Origin: a virus
Direction: 5' to 3' (one strand)
Virus record (IMG/VR): IMGVR_UViG_3300001589_000003
Location: 1-64,000 of that record
DNA length: 64,000 bases
Position 1 is the first letter of the stretch, and every line of letters starts with the position of its first letter. A model generated the notes under the pieces. The model was given only the letters and a program-made list of their open reading frames with translations. It was not told where the DNA came from and made no database searches. The position numbers were made by a program, and so were the translations under genes. Shown in pieces: positions 10,657 through 20,956 of this stretch.

Positions 10657-11420
10657 GCTGGTAGCAAGAACATTGATAGTTCTTCTGTAACACCCGATTT
10701 TGTTACCTGTGTAATGCAAGTGAATTGTTCATCATTTTTACTTAGAGCCTTTCTTATCTCGTTCATCTCCCTACTAGTAAATAGACTTAAATTCTCTATG
10801 GCTGTCCAAGTTTCCCCTGTATATAGTTCCAATGATCTAAGTTTAACCTTATCATTAATACTGAGCTGCTCAGTGTCCCCGTCTAGTGTTGATCTCTCCA
10901 TCTCACCAGTAAGATATCTCATTCTTAATTTCTTTCCACTAGCAAGTATAAATTCAAATGTTTCAGCTGCTCCGGCTGGATAAGCCTTTATAACCTCCTT
11001 ATCCATTTTATCTTCTTCTAGCTCTGTGTAAGGCTTTGATAGATCACGATCAAATTTTGATAGGTTTTCTTCAAATGGTGCCATACCAATCTTGGGTGTT
11101 TGAAATGTATAATCGAACATTATTTCATCACCCAGAGATAATAACCTAGCTTTATATAAGCCGTAGTATATGCATCTGTTTTTCATTGCTGCTACTCCCT
11201 CCCAAGTCATTCTGGGTTCTACTATTAAATTAGCTAGGTATCTATAGTAGGCAGTACCATCTTTATTGTAAGATGTGCTTGATAGTATATCTTCGTCATC
11301 CCCATTAGCCTCTCTTATGGTTATGACATTACCATCAGGTAGTGTAACATCCTCAGTGTTGTAATTTTGTTTGAAGAATGACTTGTTCATATCATCCATC
11401 ACTTTCTTGTCTCCTGACAT
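10635..11420 (-). CDS. Tail assembly chaperone (gpG-like)
   Basis: Between tube and tape measure; ITIREANGDDEDIL motif; ends AFFFPQA over slippery site. Confidence 0.8.
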   Translation of the reverse strand: MSGDKKVMDDMNKSFFKQNYNTEDVTLPDGNVITIREANGDDEDILSSTSYNKDGTAYYRYLANLIVEPRMTWEGVAAMKNRCIYYGLYKARLLSLGDEIMFDYTFQTPKIGMAPFEENLSKFDRDLSKPYTELEEDKMDKEVIKAYPAGAAETFEFILASGKKLRMRYLTGEMERSTLDGDTEQLSINDKVKLRSLELYTGETWTAIENLSLFTSREMNEIRKALSKNDEQFTCITQVTKSGVTEELSMFLLPAFFFPQA

Positions 11421-11453
11421 AGTTTTAAATTTTTAGTTTGTGTTTAGTTAAAT

Positions 11454-11490
11454 AAAAAGAGCTAAAGAAAAATACATATCCCTTTAGCTC
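11454..11490 (-). terminator. Rho-independent terminator after tail tube gene
   Basis: GAGCTAAAG/CTTTAGCTC stem with T-run on minus strand. Confidence 0.7.
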
Positions 11491-11516
11491 CTTAATAGTC
11501 CTAGTCCAATAATGGA

Positions 11517-11972
11517 TTAAATGTATAACTCTTGATCAATACAGAACTCTATGTTTTCAATAGTGTTTTCAGATGACATTCTGTCAAGCTCTACCCCATT
11601 AATTTTCTGAGGCCAAACTCCTACATAGTTCCAGGTGTTCAATACTGTTGACCCATCTGTAGCTAGCTTTTGAATTTGAACAGCCTTCTTATAAGCTTCA
11701 GGTATAACCCCTCCACCAGTAAATTCATTTTGTACCAAATTAATCCAAGCCCATATAAGCTTATCTGGTAATGATGCATTATACAATTTCTCAATCCTTA
11801 AACTACCTAGTTTAAGGATTCCCCCCGTTTTAATAACGTGGTTACCTTCTCCATGCTCCACTATGTCAATTTCTCTATCTGCTAAGAAAACCTTCTGTAC
11901 TAAGAAGGGGTTCATACCAAATAGGAATATAGAGAACTGGAATTTTTTATGTGGATTTGCTATATTAGCCAT
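11517..11972 (-). CDS. Tail tube protein (T4 gp19-like)
   Basis: NPHKKFQF...WNYVGVWPQKINGVELDRMSSENTIENIEF; follows sheath. Confidence 0.9.
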   Translation of the reverse strand: MANIANPHKKFQFSIFLFGMNPFLVQKVFLADREIDIVEHGEGNHVIKTGGILKLGSLRIEKLYNASLPDKLIWAWINLVQNEFTGGGVIPEAYKKAVQIQKLATDGSTVLNTWNYVGVWPQKINGVELDRMSSENTIENIEFCIDQELYI

Positions 11973-11978
11973 GATTTA

Positions 11979-13847
11979 TTAATTTAAGTTATCTTCAAAA
12001 CTAACTCCAGATGGAGTTGAAATAATATTGATTGTTACCTCCTGTAAAGATACTATCTCTTTTAAATATAGCTCTACTACATACTTACCTTGATCTAGGT
12101 CTGCTCTGTTGTTTACAGATAGGTCAGCATCGGTGTTGGCAAATTGATCGCCTCTCCATGCATACTCAACTAGAGCTCTCTTCTCTTTAGAAGCTAAGTC
12201 ATTTAAGAAAGGTGTTACCTCGTTATACATCTCTGCAAATGTCCTAAAATCATTTGGTTGTTCTAGGTATCTCTCAATGGACGGTTGTAATGACTTCTTG
12301 ATAAATATCAATAGCTTAACCACATTTATAAATGATTTTCTGGAAGAGTCCAATTGACCTGAAAAGTTACCCTTGATAAAGTTTCTACCGTTCTTGTTAA
12401 CTACAGCATTGATTTGTCTCTGAGCTAGTTGATCCAATTTACTACTACCCCCAGGTGCAAAGTTATTCACAATGCCCAAGGCACTATCTATAACTCCTCT
12501 TTGAGTTCCAGCAAATGAATACCACTCTCCAAACTCAACAGATGATCTCATAGCAGCTCCTATTGCATCACCTAACTCAGATATCTCATAAGGGGTATCT
12601 GTATCAAGGAATGGGTTATCAATCTTCAACCCTCCAGCTATAAAGTAAGCATATCTAGTATCTACTGCGGCAGCATCCTTTGCTGCTTGTAAAGCAGCTA
12701 CTGTGGTATTGGAGTTATCAAGGTGTAGGAATGCTACGCAATCCTCTCTGTTCTTAGTATATGTTGCATAAGCAGCCAATACCGAAGTATCAGAATTATC
12801 CAATGGTGCAATAACCTCAAAGTCATCAAAGTTATCGAATGCATATGGACCTGTTCCTCCAGCATCACCTGACCAGTCAGCAGCTATTGGGCCACCTACT
12901 GTATTGGGTGTTGTGATTACATTAGTTCCTACTAAGTCAGCTGTTGCATTAACTCCAGTTGGATTTACATGAGGTACTCCAGCAACGTTGGCTGTAAATA
13001 CTAGATCAGCTACTGCGCTTGTTAGGATTATGCCCTGTGTTAGGTATGCTGCTTGATTTGCTGTAACAAAGTTTGCAGCTGTTGTTGTTAGATCAGTGTC
13101 AAAGGTTGCCACTAGAGTTAACCCTCCAGGTCCAGCAATGGTAGCGGTACCTGATGTACCAGCTAAAGTTAAGGTGTCAACCTGAGCAACGGCTCCTACT
13201 CCTCCATCACTTCCACCGGTTGCAGAAAAGGTTCCTGTGTCTGGAAGTAGTGGTGCAGTGAACCCTGAAGCATCAAAATATGTTACATTAACAATCTTGC
13301 TTTTAGATATCACATCGTCTAAGTAATGTGAGTTTGCAACATCTGGCATTAATGGAATTTTTAAGTTCTCATATTTTTCGTTTATACCTGGGCTATTCAA
13401 ATGTTGAATCTCTAGGTTAAACGCATCGGTATCTCCGTTAGATGCAAGAGTGATTAAGGCTATAACATTGTTATAATCTACACCAGCATATTTTAGGGTA
13501 AGACCGAAATAGGCATCTCCACTCTCTTCACCTAGCGTACTTGGGAAGGTTGCTTTTGCAGCATCCAAAGTATTAGGGTCGGCTATGTCAGTGTAGTGTC
13601 CTACTTTATTTATTCTCAATTGAGCACCTCTTAGAAAAGCTCGCTTCACTAAGGTAGGCCCTTCAAGACCCTCAACTTCTCCACCATATTTCTTTTGAAA
13701 CTCAGTCCAGTTGACCATGATCTCATCATCGTGTCCAAATGGACCTCTAAGAGTTCTCACAGATACTGCGCTAGTGCCTTTCAAAAGAGAATCAATGAAG
13801 AAACTCTGGTCTATCTCATTAAATTTGATTTTTGCAGAATTTGGCAT
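11979..13847 (-). CDS. Tail sheath protein
   Basis: EIDQSF...TLRGPF N-terminus; QINAVVNKNGRNFIKGN, FINVVKLLIFIKKSL, YLEQPND C-terminal sheath motifs. Confidence 0.92.
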   Translation of the reverse strand: MPNSAKIKFNEIDQSFFIDSLLKGTSAVSVRTLRGPFGHDDEIMVNWTEFQKKYGGEVEGLEGPTLVKRAFLRGAQLRINKVGHYTDIADPNTLDAAKATFPSTLGEESGDAYFGLTLKYAGVDYNNVIALITLASNGDTDAFNLEIQHLNSPGINEKYENLKIPLMPDVANSHYLDDVISKSKIVNVTYFDASGFTAPLLPDTGTFSATGGSDGGVGAVAQVDTLTLAGTSGTATIAGPGGLTLVATFDTDLTTTAANFVTANQAAYLTQGIILTSAVADLVFTANVAGVPHVNPTGVNATADLVGTNVITTPNTVGGPIAADWSGDAGGTGPYAFDNFDDFEVIAPLDNSDTSVLAAYATYTKNREDCVAFLHLDNSNTTVAALQAAKDAAAVDTRYAYFIAGGLKIDNPFLDTDTPYEISELGDAIGAAMRSSVEFGEWYSFAGTQRGVIDSALGIVNNFAPGGSSKLDQLAQRQINAVVNKNGRNFIKGNFSGQLDSSRKSFINVVKLLIFIKKSLQPSIERYLEQPNDFRTFAEMYNEVTPFLNDLASKEKRALVEYAWRGDQFANTDADLSVNNRADLDQGKYVVELYLKEIVSLQEVTINIISTPSGVSFEDNLN

Positions 13848-13889
13848 CTTTTATTTGTTTAATTTATAATTTATAAATTTAGTATTGTT

Positions 13890-14489
13890 TTAATTGACTT
13901 TTTTGTTCAGTTGGTTTTGAACTCTAGTTGCAGTATCATTAATACTTATTCTATGAGGCCCAGATAGTATGGTGGGTTTGGAGAAGTTGTATACTAGTAA
14001 CCCAACTATATTACCTGAGTTGTTTCTAAGAGCTTCACAGAATATAGTTCCTATACCCCAAGCCTTCATGTAGTTTTTGAATTGCATCCTATCATCCCCT
14101 AAATTATCATTATTGGTTATCTGAAAATAATCCGTAACAGATAGCTCATAGGTTATGGTATGAATCATTGCATCTAAAGGTCTATTAGTAGTCTCTCTTT
14201 GCATCGAATCAAAGTTTGGGTATAGAGCTTCATAAGTCATGCTGTATTTTTGGATTGACCTACCTGATGAATAATATTCTCCATTATGAAACTCCAATAT
14301 ATATACTCTGGAAGCTTTTAACTTCATTAGGGCAGTATATAGTATTGGGGTTATTTCTAAAGCTAGTTTATTAGAGATCATTAATCCCATTCTGGTTTTA
14401 GCTTGTAACCGTCTATTTTTATAATACTTCCATAGCTCTACTGCTATGTATATAAGAACTATAGCTAAGCCCTCGTATAATTTTTCCAT
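13890..14489 (-). CDS. Single-TM protein with GAF-like domain (possible T4 T-type holin)
   Basis: N-terminal TM helix followed by ASRVYILEFHNG...QKYSMTYE...GLLVYNF. Confidence 0.45.
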   Translation of the reverse strand: MEKLYEGLAIVLIYIAVELWKYYKNRRLQAKTRMGLMISNKLALEITPILYTALMKLKASRVYILEFHNGEYYSSGRSIQKYSMTYEALYPNFDSMQRETTNRPLDAMIHTITYELSVTDYFQITNNDNLGDDRMQFKNYMKAWGIGTIFCEALRNNSGNIVGLLVYNFSKPTILSGPHRISINDTATRVQNQLNKKVN

Positions 14490-14497
14490 GATTAATA

Positions 14498-15172
14498 TTA
14501 AGGTGAAGTTACGTTTATTATACTTGTATTTGCTTGATCATCTTTATCCTCAACAATATTGATATCTGTCATCTTAGGTATATTAGATGCCACTACTTGA
14601 TTTACTATTTCAAATACATCTATTGCCTCATAATAATACTCTTTTTGAAATATACCCAATGATAGGTCTGGGTTCTGTGCAAGAAATGTATAGGTTACTA
14701 AAAATGATTCATTAGCATCATTATAGTATGGTACATATATTCTATTGGGTAATGCTAGAACTCTTATTTGTTCTAGTAACCTATCCTGTGATGTTTTGTT
14801 TGATACCAAGCTTACTTTAAATCTGTAAGTAGATGAGGTACTAGATGATGATACCTTATCAAAGGTTAATCCATTAGCAACATATGCTGGAGTAGGATCA
14901 TTACCTACAGTACCCTCATAAAAGCCCTGCCCAGTAATTACCACTCTTGGCATCTTCTGTTCACCCCTATCATTACTAGGGCCATGACCAAATAGGCCAA
15001 CTGCAAAACCATTAGGGCCCTGCTCTATAACTGACATGGCTGCATCAAAATCTGATTGACTAGCAGCATAAGTAGTACGATCAGCTATATAACCATGCTC
15101 TAGCAGTAGGTCATAGAATCTTTTCTCTACGCTTCTTTCAACAATCTCTTGTATGTTTCCTAGTGTACTCAT
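14498..15172 (-). CDS. Tail terminator / completion protein
   Basis: Synteny (neck to sheath); size and MPRVVI motif. Confidence 0.55.
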   Translation of the reverse strand: MSTLGNIQEIVERSVEKRFYDLLLEHGYIADRTTYAASQSDFDAAMSVIEQGPNGFAVGLFGHGPSNDRGEQKMPRVVITGQGFYEGTVGNDPTPAYVANGLTFDKVSSSSTSSTYRFKVSLVSNKTSQDRLLEQIRVLALPNRIYVPYYNDANESFLVTYTFLAQNPDLSLGIFQKEYYYEAIDVFEIVNQVVASNIPKMTDINIVEDKDDQANTSIINVTSP

Positions 15173-15651
15173 CTTCCTATGGTAAAACCACTTCCTCTTA
15201 AAAATTGTATTTTTCTATATATAGCCATACTTACTATCCTAGCCATACCTTTTGCTCCTCCCATCTCATCCACTGAAGGCCTCCATAAGGGTCTCTCTGG
15301 AACTCCAAATCCATACTCATGTCTTGTAGCAATTTCAGATATTGATATACCTCTATGGTTCATTGCAGAAACTGGTACTCCAGCATAATATGTAAAGTTA
15401 CTCCTCCAAGCTTTTATAGCATTATAATAAGCCTCGGTATCGACCAATATTCTTGGGTCCCCAGAATTAGTTCCAGGTGCTAATGGTAACCAAGATAGGT
15501 CCTGATTGTTGATATGACCTTTAACTATCTTCACTAACTTCTCAGCAGCTTTTCTTTGACCATATATTGATGAACTCTGTAACGCAGCAGGTAATGCCGC
15601 TAGCCCCATCTTTGCTCCAGTCCAATTACCCGTTAGTGTTATGTTTATCAT
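15169..15651 (-). CDS. Neck / tail completion protein (HK97 gp10-like)
   Basis: WLPLAP...ILVDT...IATRHEYG...PERPLWRP motif. Confidence 0.75.
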   Translation of the reverse strand: MINITLTGNWTGAKMGLAALPAALQSSSIYGQRKAAEKLVKIVKGHINNQDLSWLPLAPGTNSGDPRILVDTEAYYNAIKAWRSNFTYYAGVPVSAMNHRGISISEIATRHEYGFGVPERPLWRPSVDEMGGAKGMARIVSMAIYRKIQFLRGSGFTIGR

Positions 15652-16115
15652 TGATCTAGTTTTGATACCCCTGTTTTCACTTCCTCTCTTCTCATAATAA
15701 CTTGCATCAATAGGGGGTCTGTAGATGCTTGAGCTAGTTGAGTATCACCATCTGCTCGATATATTATACCGTTAATATTGAATATGTCTTGTTCAGGCTT
15801 AAAATCGAAATACCCATCTGGGGTTGTATAACCTAAACCGGTTAGATATTTAATATTAAACATAACTATCAAGTTCTGATCATCCAGATTACCTGTAGTC
15901 TTATGTTTAGTTATAGGCCAGGTTCTAAAATAGTTATAACCAACTAAAGCCATAAGTTCTATTTCTGTGTAGGTCTCTTCTTTCTCTTCATTATACATAG
16001 CTACACCAGCAGGAGCATGTCTCAACCATATTATGGTCTCTTGGTTATACTCCTCGTGGATATCATTAATTGCCTTCCTGTAGGCGTTCCATTTACTAAG
16101 TCCTATTTTTGGCAT
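15648..16115 (-). CDS. Head closure / head-tail adaptor
   Basis: Start more likely ATG at 16115 (TAATG coupling with upstream gene) than 16160; synteny. Confidence 0.55.
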   Translation of the reverse strand: MPKIGLSKWNAYRKAINDIHEEYNQETIIWLRHAPAGVAMYNEEKEETYTEIELMALVGYNYFRTWPITKHKTTGNLDDQNLIVMFNIKYLTGLGYTTPDGYFDFKPEQDIFNINGIIYRADGDTQLAQASTDPLLMQVIMRREEVKTGVSKLDQ

Positions 16116-16975
16116 TATCCAAAGTTTTTGTTTAATATAGTTATAGCATCTGTTGGACAAGGCTTAATTGCCTTCTGGGGTATTACTGGGTTCTTAGATA
16201 GTTGTCCACATATGGGTAGATATATTCTAAGTCTTTTAGCTAACATACATAACTCATTTGCCATGTTATCAAATGCTGATTTACCATCGGGCCCAGACTT
16301 GAATAACTTCTCAAGTGAGGCAGCTCCATCAAACCATTCTGTATCTGTAGGGCCAGTAGTTATCTTCTTTACTGGTACTCCATCGGATGTTGGGTCGTTA
16401 TTACCAAAGAGTCCTATATAAGCTTTTCTAGCAACTAGATTTAAGAAGTCATAAATCACTAGTTTAGCGATTAGAAAATTCACTAGAGGGGGCCAATTTG
16501 ATTCCACATTAGACACTGTTATTATGGGATCAACTATATCTTTTAAGTACTCCCTCCAGTAGAATATTTTCATGTTTCTATAGTCCTCGTCTATGGTTAT
16601 ACCCTCTGGAGTTTCTGTATCTATCATTTCTTGTAATGATGTAGTGTAGTTATTCTCATCCACTACCCTGAAGTCCCCAGCTGATAGGGGCTCTGCTAAT
16701 GTGGTATCAACCGGGGTATTGATAACTTTATATGCATGACTTCCAAGTACTCCTGTGTTGGCTGTTTCAAATGTGAAGGTTACTACATTATTACCTGTAC
16801 CAGATATAACTCCATTTGCTAATGTAGTTTCAGATACAAACCCGTCATTAGAAAATACCAATGTTAGAGTACTACCCGTTAAATCTAGAGCTACACCATT
16901 CTGGGTATAGGTAAAAACCTTTACCTTCTTTCTATCCTTAAAGATTGTAAAATCCGATTGCTGTAAGTTGCTCAT
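16115..16975 (-). CDS. Head-tail connector with N-terminal Ig/BppU-like domain
   Basis: NGVALDLTGSTLTL N-terminus; VKKITTGPTDTEW adaptor-like motif; synteny. Confidence 0.55.
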   Translation of the reverse strand: MSNLQQSDFTIFKDRKKVKVFTYTQNGVALDLTGSTLTLVFSNDGFVSETTLANGVISGTGNNVVTFTFETANTGVLGSHAYKVINTPVDTTLAEPLSAGDFRVVDENNYTTSLQEMIDTETPEGITIDEDYRNMKIFYWREYLKDIVDPIITVSNVESNWPPLVNFLIAKLVIYDFLNLVARKAYIGLFGNNDPTSDGVPVKKITTGPTDTEWFDGAASLEKLFKSGPDGKSAFDNMANELCMLAKRLRIYLPICGQLSKNPVIPQKAIKPCPTDAITILNKNFG

Positions 16976-17175
16976 GTTATTACGTCTATGTTTTCATTAT
17001 TATCGCTAACCTGAATATCACAGGGTTCGTCTGTACTAACTATAGTATTTATATTATCAGATATAACTAACTTAGTATCTTGAGTGACTAACCTAATATC
17101 AGCCTTGTAGACTATAAGTGTAGGTGATGAAGAGCCCCCACCAGAAAGCCCTAACCCATATGTTAATATCGTCAT
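16972..17175 (-). CDS. Small virion-associated hypothetical protein
   Basis: ORF coupled to downstream gene (ATGA overlap). Confidence 0.5.
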   Translation of the reverse strand: MTILTYGLGLSGGGSSSPTLIVYKADIRLVTQDTKLVISDNINTIVSTDEPCDIQVSDNNENIDVIT

Positions 17176-17307
17176 GATGGATGTCTTTTCATTATTCTTA
17201 GGAAACTAGGATTATCAAGCTCATCGGTAAGATCGAACCTAAGTAGTTCAGTTATACCATCATATTATAAATATATAGCATTTAGTATTGTATGAGGTAT
17301 ACACAAC

Positions 17308-17339
17308 AAAAGGAGCTAACTGTTAAATTAACTCCTTTT
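17308..17339 (-). terminator. Terminator after capsid gene cluster
   Basis: AAAAGGAG(CTAA)/(TTAA)CTCCTTTT inverted repeat. Confidence 0.7.
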
Positions 17340-17357
17340 ATAAATTAAGCTATTACC

Positions 17358-17819
17358 TTAATCCTTTTCAGGCTCTTCGTCCTCTAATAAGTACTCCTTC
17401 ATCTCTTTGAGTTTTAACTCAGAAAATTTAGCTAGAGTATCTTCATCATGTTCAAAGTTCTCTTTGTAATAATCTATAGCATCATCCTTCTTTGTAAAGC
17501 TGTTGACTAATTGCTCAGCCTTTTCTTCTTCAGTAAGTTCCAGTGGTGCTTCAGGAGCTTTCACTTCCTTCTTGTCATTAGGGTTTTCCTCTTTCTCCTT
17601 GGCAGCTTTTGCAAGTGCCTTCAATGCTTTATCTTCATCCATATCCTTGATGTGGTTATGTTTCAGAGCTACCGAAATTCTTGCAGTGATTGGTCCTAAG
17701 TACTCAACCGGAGTTTTGTTACTTACTACCTTTAACTTGGATTGAGGATCAACAAAAACCGAAGCTCCATTTTTACTACCCAATACAAAGTATCTTTTAC
17801 TCTTTGTTTTTTTTGCCAT
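17358..17819 (-). CDS. Hypothetical protein downstream of major capsid
   Basis: ORF track; charged C-terminus. Confidence 0.7.
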   Translation of the reverse strand: MAKKTKSKRYFVLGSKNGASVFVDPQSKLKVVSNKTPVEYLGPITARISVALKHNHIKDMDEDKALKALAKAAKEKEENPNDKKEVKAPEAPLELTEEEKAEQLVNSFTKKDDAIDYYKENFEHDEDTLAKFSELKLKEMKEYLLEDEEPEKD

Positions 17820-17843
17820 GATATATAAATTTTAGTTATTTAA

Positions 17844-18944
17844 TTACTCTATGATAACTTGTTCCAATGGATCAACATCCATATAAGCAGGGAACCCATT
17901 TCCAGAGAATAGTATACTATCATCTATAATCACCCTAGCATCTCTGTACAAGATGCCAAACCCAGTAGTCAATGATGCATAAGTTTCAATTTTTTGGTTT
18001 GAAACTATTTTATCAGATTCCACCAATAGAGGTTGAGCATTATACTTAATGATTGCTGATGTTCTATCAATAACCATTTGCTGATCTACAGGCATGCTAC
18101 CATGAATATAGTATGCAGAACTTTGAGGTACTGGAGTTTTCAAGTCCAATTTCTTCTCAGTTGTACCAGTATCTCTTAACTTGAATTCATCCAAGAATAA
18201 GGTTTCAATAGCAGCTTCTTCGCCACCAATGATCCCAAAAGGAGTTCTACCGATTCTAGCCATTCTAATCCAAACTCTTAACAAGTCTTTGTAAGACATT
18301 GATCCGGTTGTTTCAGTACCAACTACTGGAGCTGATTCCGAACCATCTGCCTGCTCACCATTAATAAGAGTATCAATCATAAGAGCATCAATGCCTTGAT
18401 TCAACTTAACCCCAAAGTCTTGGAGGAAGATACCAATTACGTTAATTGATACATACTGTACCACTTCGTAAGGTATTTGAATACCACGTCCCATCTTCTT
18501 AACCTTTAAGGTCTTTTGACCGAAACTTATAGTTCCAGTTGGAATGCTTTCACCTTCACCCACATATTTTGGTGTAGCATCCGACATGTTTAAATGGGGA
18601 ATAGTTACTGTAGGATTTGAGATAGTTTGTTCTGCTGCAATGAAGTCAGCCCAGATTGGAGATTTTCTCAATCCCAAACGTAATGCGTCTCTTATAATTT
18701 CAGGGATCAACCATCTAGCTGATTCATCAGGTAAAGTGAAAAGATTCTGGATGGAATCAATACTAGCATTTAGGCCTAAATCATCATATAGAGCCTCCAT
18801 ACTAATTCCCCATTTCGATCTTACAAATTCCCCAATTGATATGTCCATTGGGTTATTAGCATCCTTTCGCATGGATTCACAAGACATTACTACTTCTTGT
18901 AAACTATCCTTGTACTGCGATTTTCTGTATTGTTTAGTGTTCAT
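17844..18944 (-). CDS. Major capsid protein (HK97 fold)
   Basis: RWLIPEIIRDALRLG, YVGEGESIP, KMGRGIQIPYE; position after protease and decoration genes. Confidence 0.9.
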   Translation of the reverse strand: MNTKQYRKSQYKDSLQEVVMSCESMRKDANNPMDISIGEFVRSKWGISMEALYDDLGLNASIDSIQNLFTLPDESARWLIPEIIRDALRLGLRKSPIWADFIAAEQTISNPTVTIPHLNMSDATPKYVGEGESIPTGTISFGQKTLKVKKMGRGIQIPYEVVQYVSINVIGIFLQDFGVKLNQGIDALMIDTLINGEQADGSESAPVVGTETTGSMSYKDLLRVWIRMARIGRTPFGIIGGEEAAIETLFLDEFKLRDTGTTEKKLDLKTPVPQSSAYYIHGSMPVDQQMVIDRTSAIIKYNAQPLLVESDKIVSNQKIETYASLTTGFGILYRDARVIIDDSILFSGNGFPAYMDVDPLEQVIIE

Positions 18945-18957
18945 AATATATTTGTTT

Positions 18958-19386
18958 TTAAAGTAAGCAAACTTTTATAGCATCACCATTTGTCGCAGCT
19001 TGCGTTAAATTATGACCCACTACTAAATCAGGTTCTGCTCCCCCAGCAACATACTCTCTCAAACCTGTTGTTCCGTTGTAAGCACCTAACTTCACGATTC
19101 CTGCATCTAAGCTGTCTGCTGCAGCTTCTGCATTAACTACTGTGTAGCCTCTCATGACTACTGTAACTTCCTCATCCGCAAGTCCATCATGCATGGAGTA
19201 ACCTATTACTAGAGTTCTCTCATCATCAAGGGCTGCAGATTGTACTGTTCCTGTTGCAGTCAAAACTACTGCATCACCTTTATTCACTGTTTGACCTGTT
19301 TCAACTACAAAGCTAATACTTAGCTTATGAGCTTCTGGATCTATATGGAATTTACTGGTGGTTGGGGTTCCTAATGTATTTGGCAT
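18958..19386 (-). CDS. Capsid decoration/cement protein
   Basis: VNKGDAVVLTATGTV...VIGYSMHD...VTVVMRG beta-tulip-like pattern; directly upstream of MCP. Confidence 0.7.
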   Translation of the reverse strand: MPNTLGTPTTSKFHIDPEAHKLSISFVVETGQTVNKGDAVVLTATGTVQSAALDDERTLVIGYSMHDGLADEEVTVVMRGYTVVNAEAAADSLDAGIVKLGAYNGTTGLREYVAGGAEPDLVVGHNLTQAATNGDAIKVCLL

Positions 19387-19405
19387 CTTTCTTTATATTT
19401 AAGTT

Positions 19406-20956
19406 TTAGTTAGATTCCTCTGTAGGTTGTACACCATGTATACCAGATGCATGATTGCTTGACTTACTTAAGTTAGCCATCACTTCTTGATTACTCTTAG
19501 GGGTTGCTGGAGTAGCCTCTTTCTTAATTGGCTTACCATCTGCTCCCATCACTCCAGTATCAAGGTTTGCTGTAGAAGCACGAGTTACTATAGTTTTACA
19601 ATTTGGACATTCTGCTTCAAAACTTTCTTCGGCAGTTGTTCCGTACTGTAGAACTAGAGCTGAAGCAGTGTCTAAGTTTGCTTCCGCAATCATTGCTACT
19701 ATAGCATCTTGAGCTTTATCAGCTCCACCCACTGATACGTGGTATAACCTTAAGGCTTCATTCCTAGTGGAAGTTTTAACCTTTTCCAATGCAGCCTCAT
19801 CTAATTTACCCTTAGCAAGTGCAGCTATATCCTCTGCGGATAGTAGTACACTATCTTCTGGGTATTTTAGTTTGAGAGCTGTCAACTCTTCGTTAGCTGT
19901 TCTCAATTCACCGGTCAGTTTTAAGACCTGAGCATCTGTACTTTCTGCTGGAGTGAATGCATCTAAGCTAATAGACTCTTCATTCATGGCAGCAAATACA
20001 ACCACATCGGTGGCATCCGCAGCTAAACCGAGTTTACTGATCAATAACTTTTTAAGTTCTTTGTTCATAGCTTTCGATTTATTGTTTAATTTATTTATAT
20101 TATCTTTAAGTATTGTTGGGTCTGCTGTTAGTTGTATTTTCTCTGTTGTGTAGTTTTTCCAATCCAAGAAGTGGCCCATCTCTTTAAATTGCTGCTCTGA
20201 AAAAGACATAGCATTCGACTCAGCATACTTGGGGTTAACTATCTTCTCATCCTCAATTTTTTGAGCGTATGGGTCTGCCCCATGAGTAACTAGTGATATC
20301 TCATCATAAGCAATGATTCTTGTTACCACCCTCCTTACTAGCTTACCTTCTTCATCAAAGGTTCCCAGTCTACCGAAGAATTCACTACGATCCATTTTCT
20401 TATGAGATTGCTCCCACTCAAACCTAACTGTTACAGACACTGAATGAACCGATGGTGGGTCCATCATTATACCCCTAACTAGTTTAGGGTTAGCTTTACC
20501 ATCCAGTTTAAATCTTGCATTTATACCAGGCGGTACTTCTACTCCTTCATAGGTCTTTTTGCCTTGCCAGAAAGTTTCAAATACTGATCCCACCTCGTTA
20601 CCTACTATGGCATCGTGATTGGTCATTACCGCTTGACCAACTAACTTCGACATGGAATCCTTTAGTACATCTCCTTTTCCAAAATCTACAGGCCCAAACT
20701 TGTTAACTAATATTTTGGATAGAGCTCTAAATATGGGAAAAGCAAACTCATCATCAGCTGGGGCAAGATCACTTGCTTTCACATCTGGGTAATACTTATT
20801 AAAATCGGGTGTAGATGTATGAAATAAGCCAAAGCTTTCTATAGCCATGGGCTCATCCGATAGTATATCTTCAATATCTGAAGCCTTTGCCACCATGGGT
20901 ATCTTGTTACTCAGTAACGTATGACCCATAAAAAAACTTTCTTTTGATTCAGGCAT
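19406..20956 (-). CDS. Prohead protease / scaffold fusion
   Basis: TNHD, HSVSV, EISLVTHGADP protease motifs followed by helical scaffold region (KLGLAADAT). Confidence 0.8.
   Translation of the reverse strand: MPESKESFFMGHTLLSNKIPMVAKASDIEDILSDEPMAIESFGLFHTSTPDFNKYYPDVKASDLAPADDEFAFPIFRALSKILVNKFGPVDFGKGDVLKDSMSKLVGQAVMTNHDAIVGNEVGSVFETFWQGKKTYEGVEVPPGINARFKLDGKANPKLVRGIMMDPPSVHSVSVTVRFEWEQSHKKMDRSEFFGRLGTFDEEGKLVRRVVTRIIAYDEISLVTHGADPYAQKIEDEKIVNPKYAESNAMSFSEQQFKEMGHFLDWKNYTTEKIQLTADPTILKDNINKLNNKSKAMNKELKKLLISKLGLAADATDVVVFAAMNEESISLDAFTPAESTDAQVLKLTGELRTANEELTALKLKYPEDSVLLSAEDIAALAKGKLDEAALEKVKTSTRNEALRLYHVSVGGADKAQDAIVAMIAEANLDTASALVLQYGTTAEESFEAECPNCKTIVTRASTANLDTGVMGADGKPIKKEATPATPKSNQEVMANLSKSSNHASGIHGVQPTEESN

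Noticed and set aside
17172-17281. Short frame YDGITELLRFDLTDELDNPSFLRIMKRHPS coupled to the next gene
   Set aside because: No in-frame start upstream; at best a gene remnant
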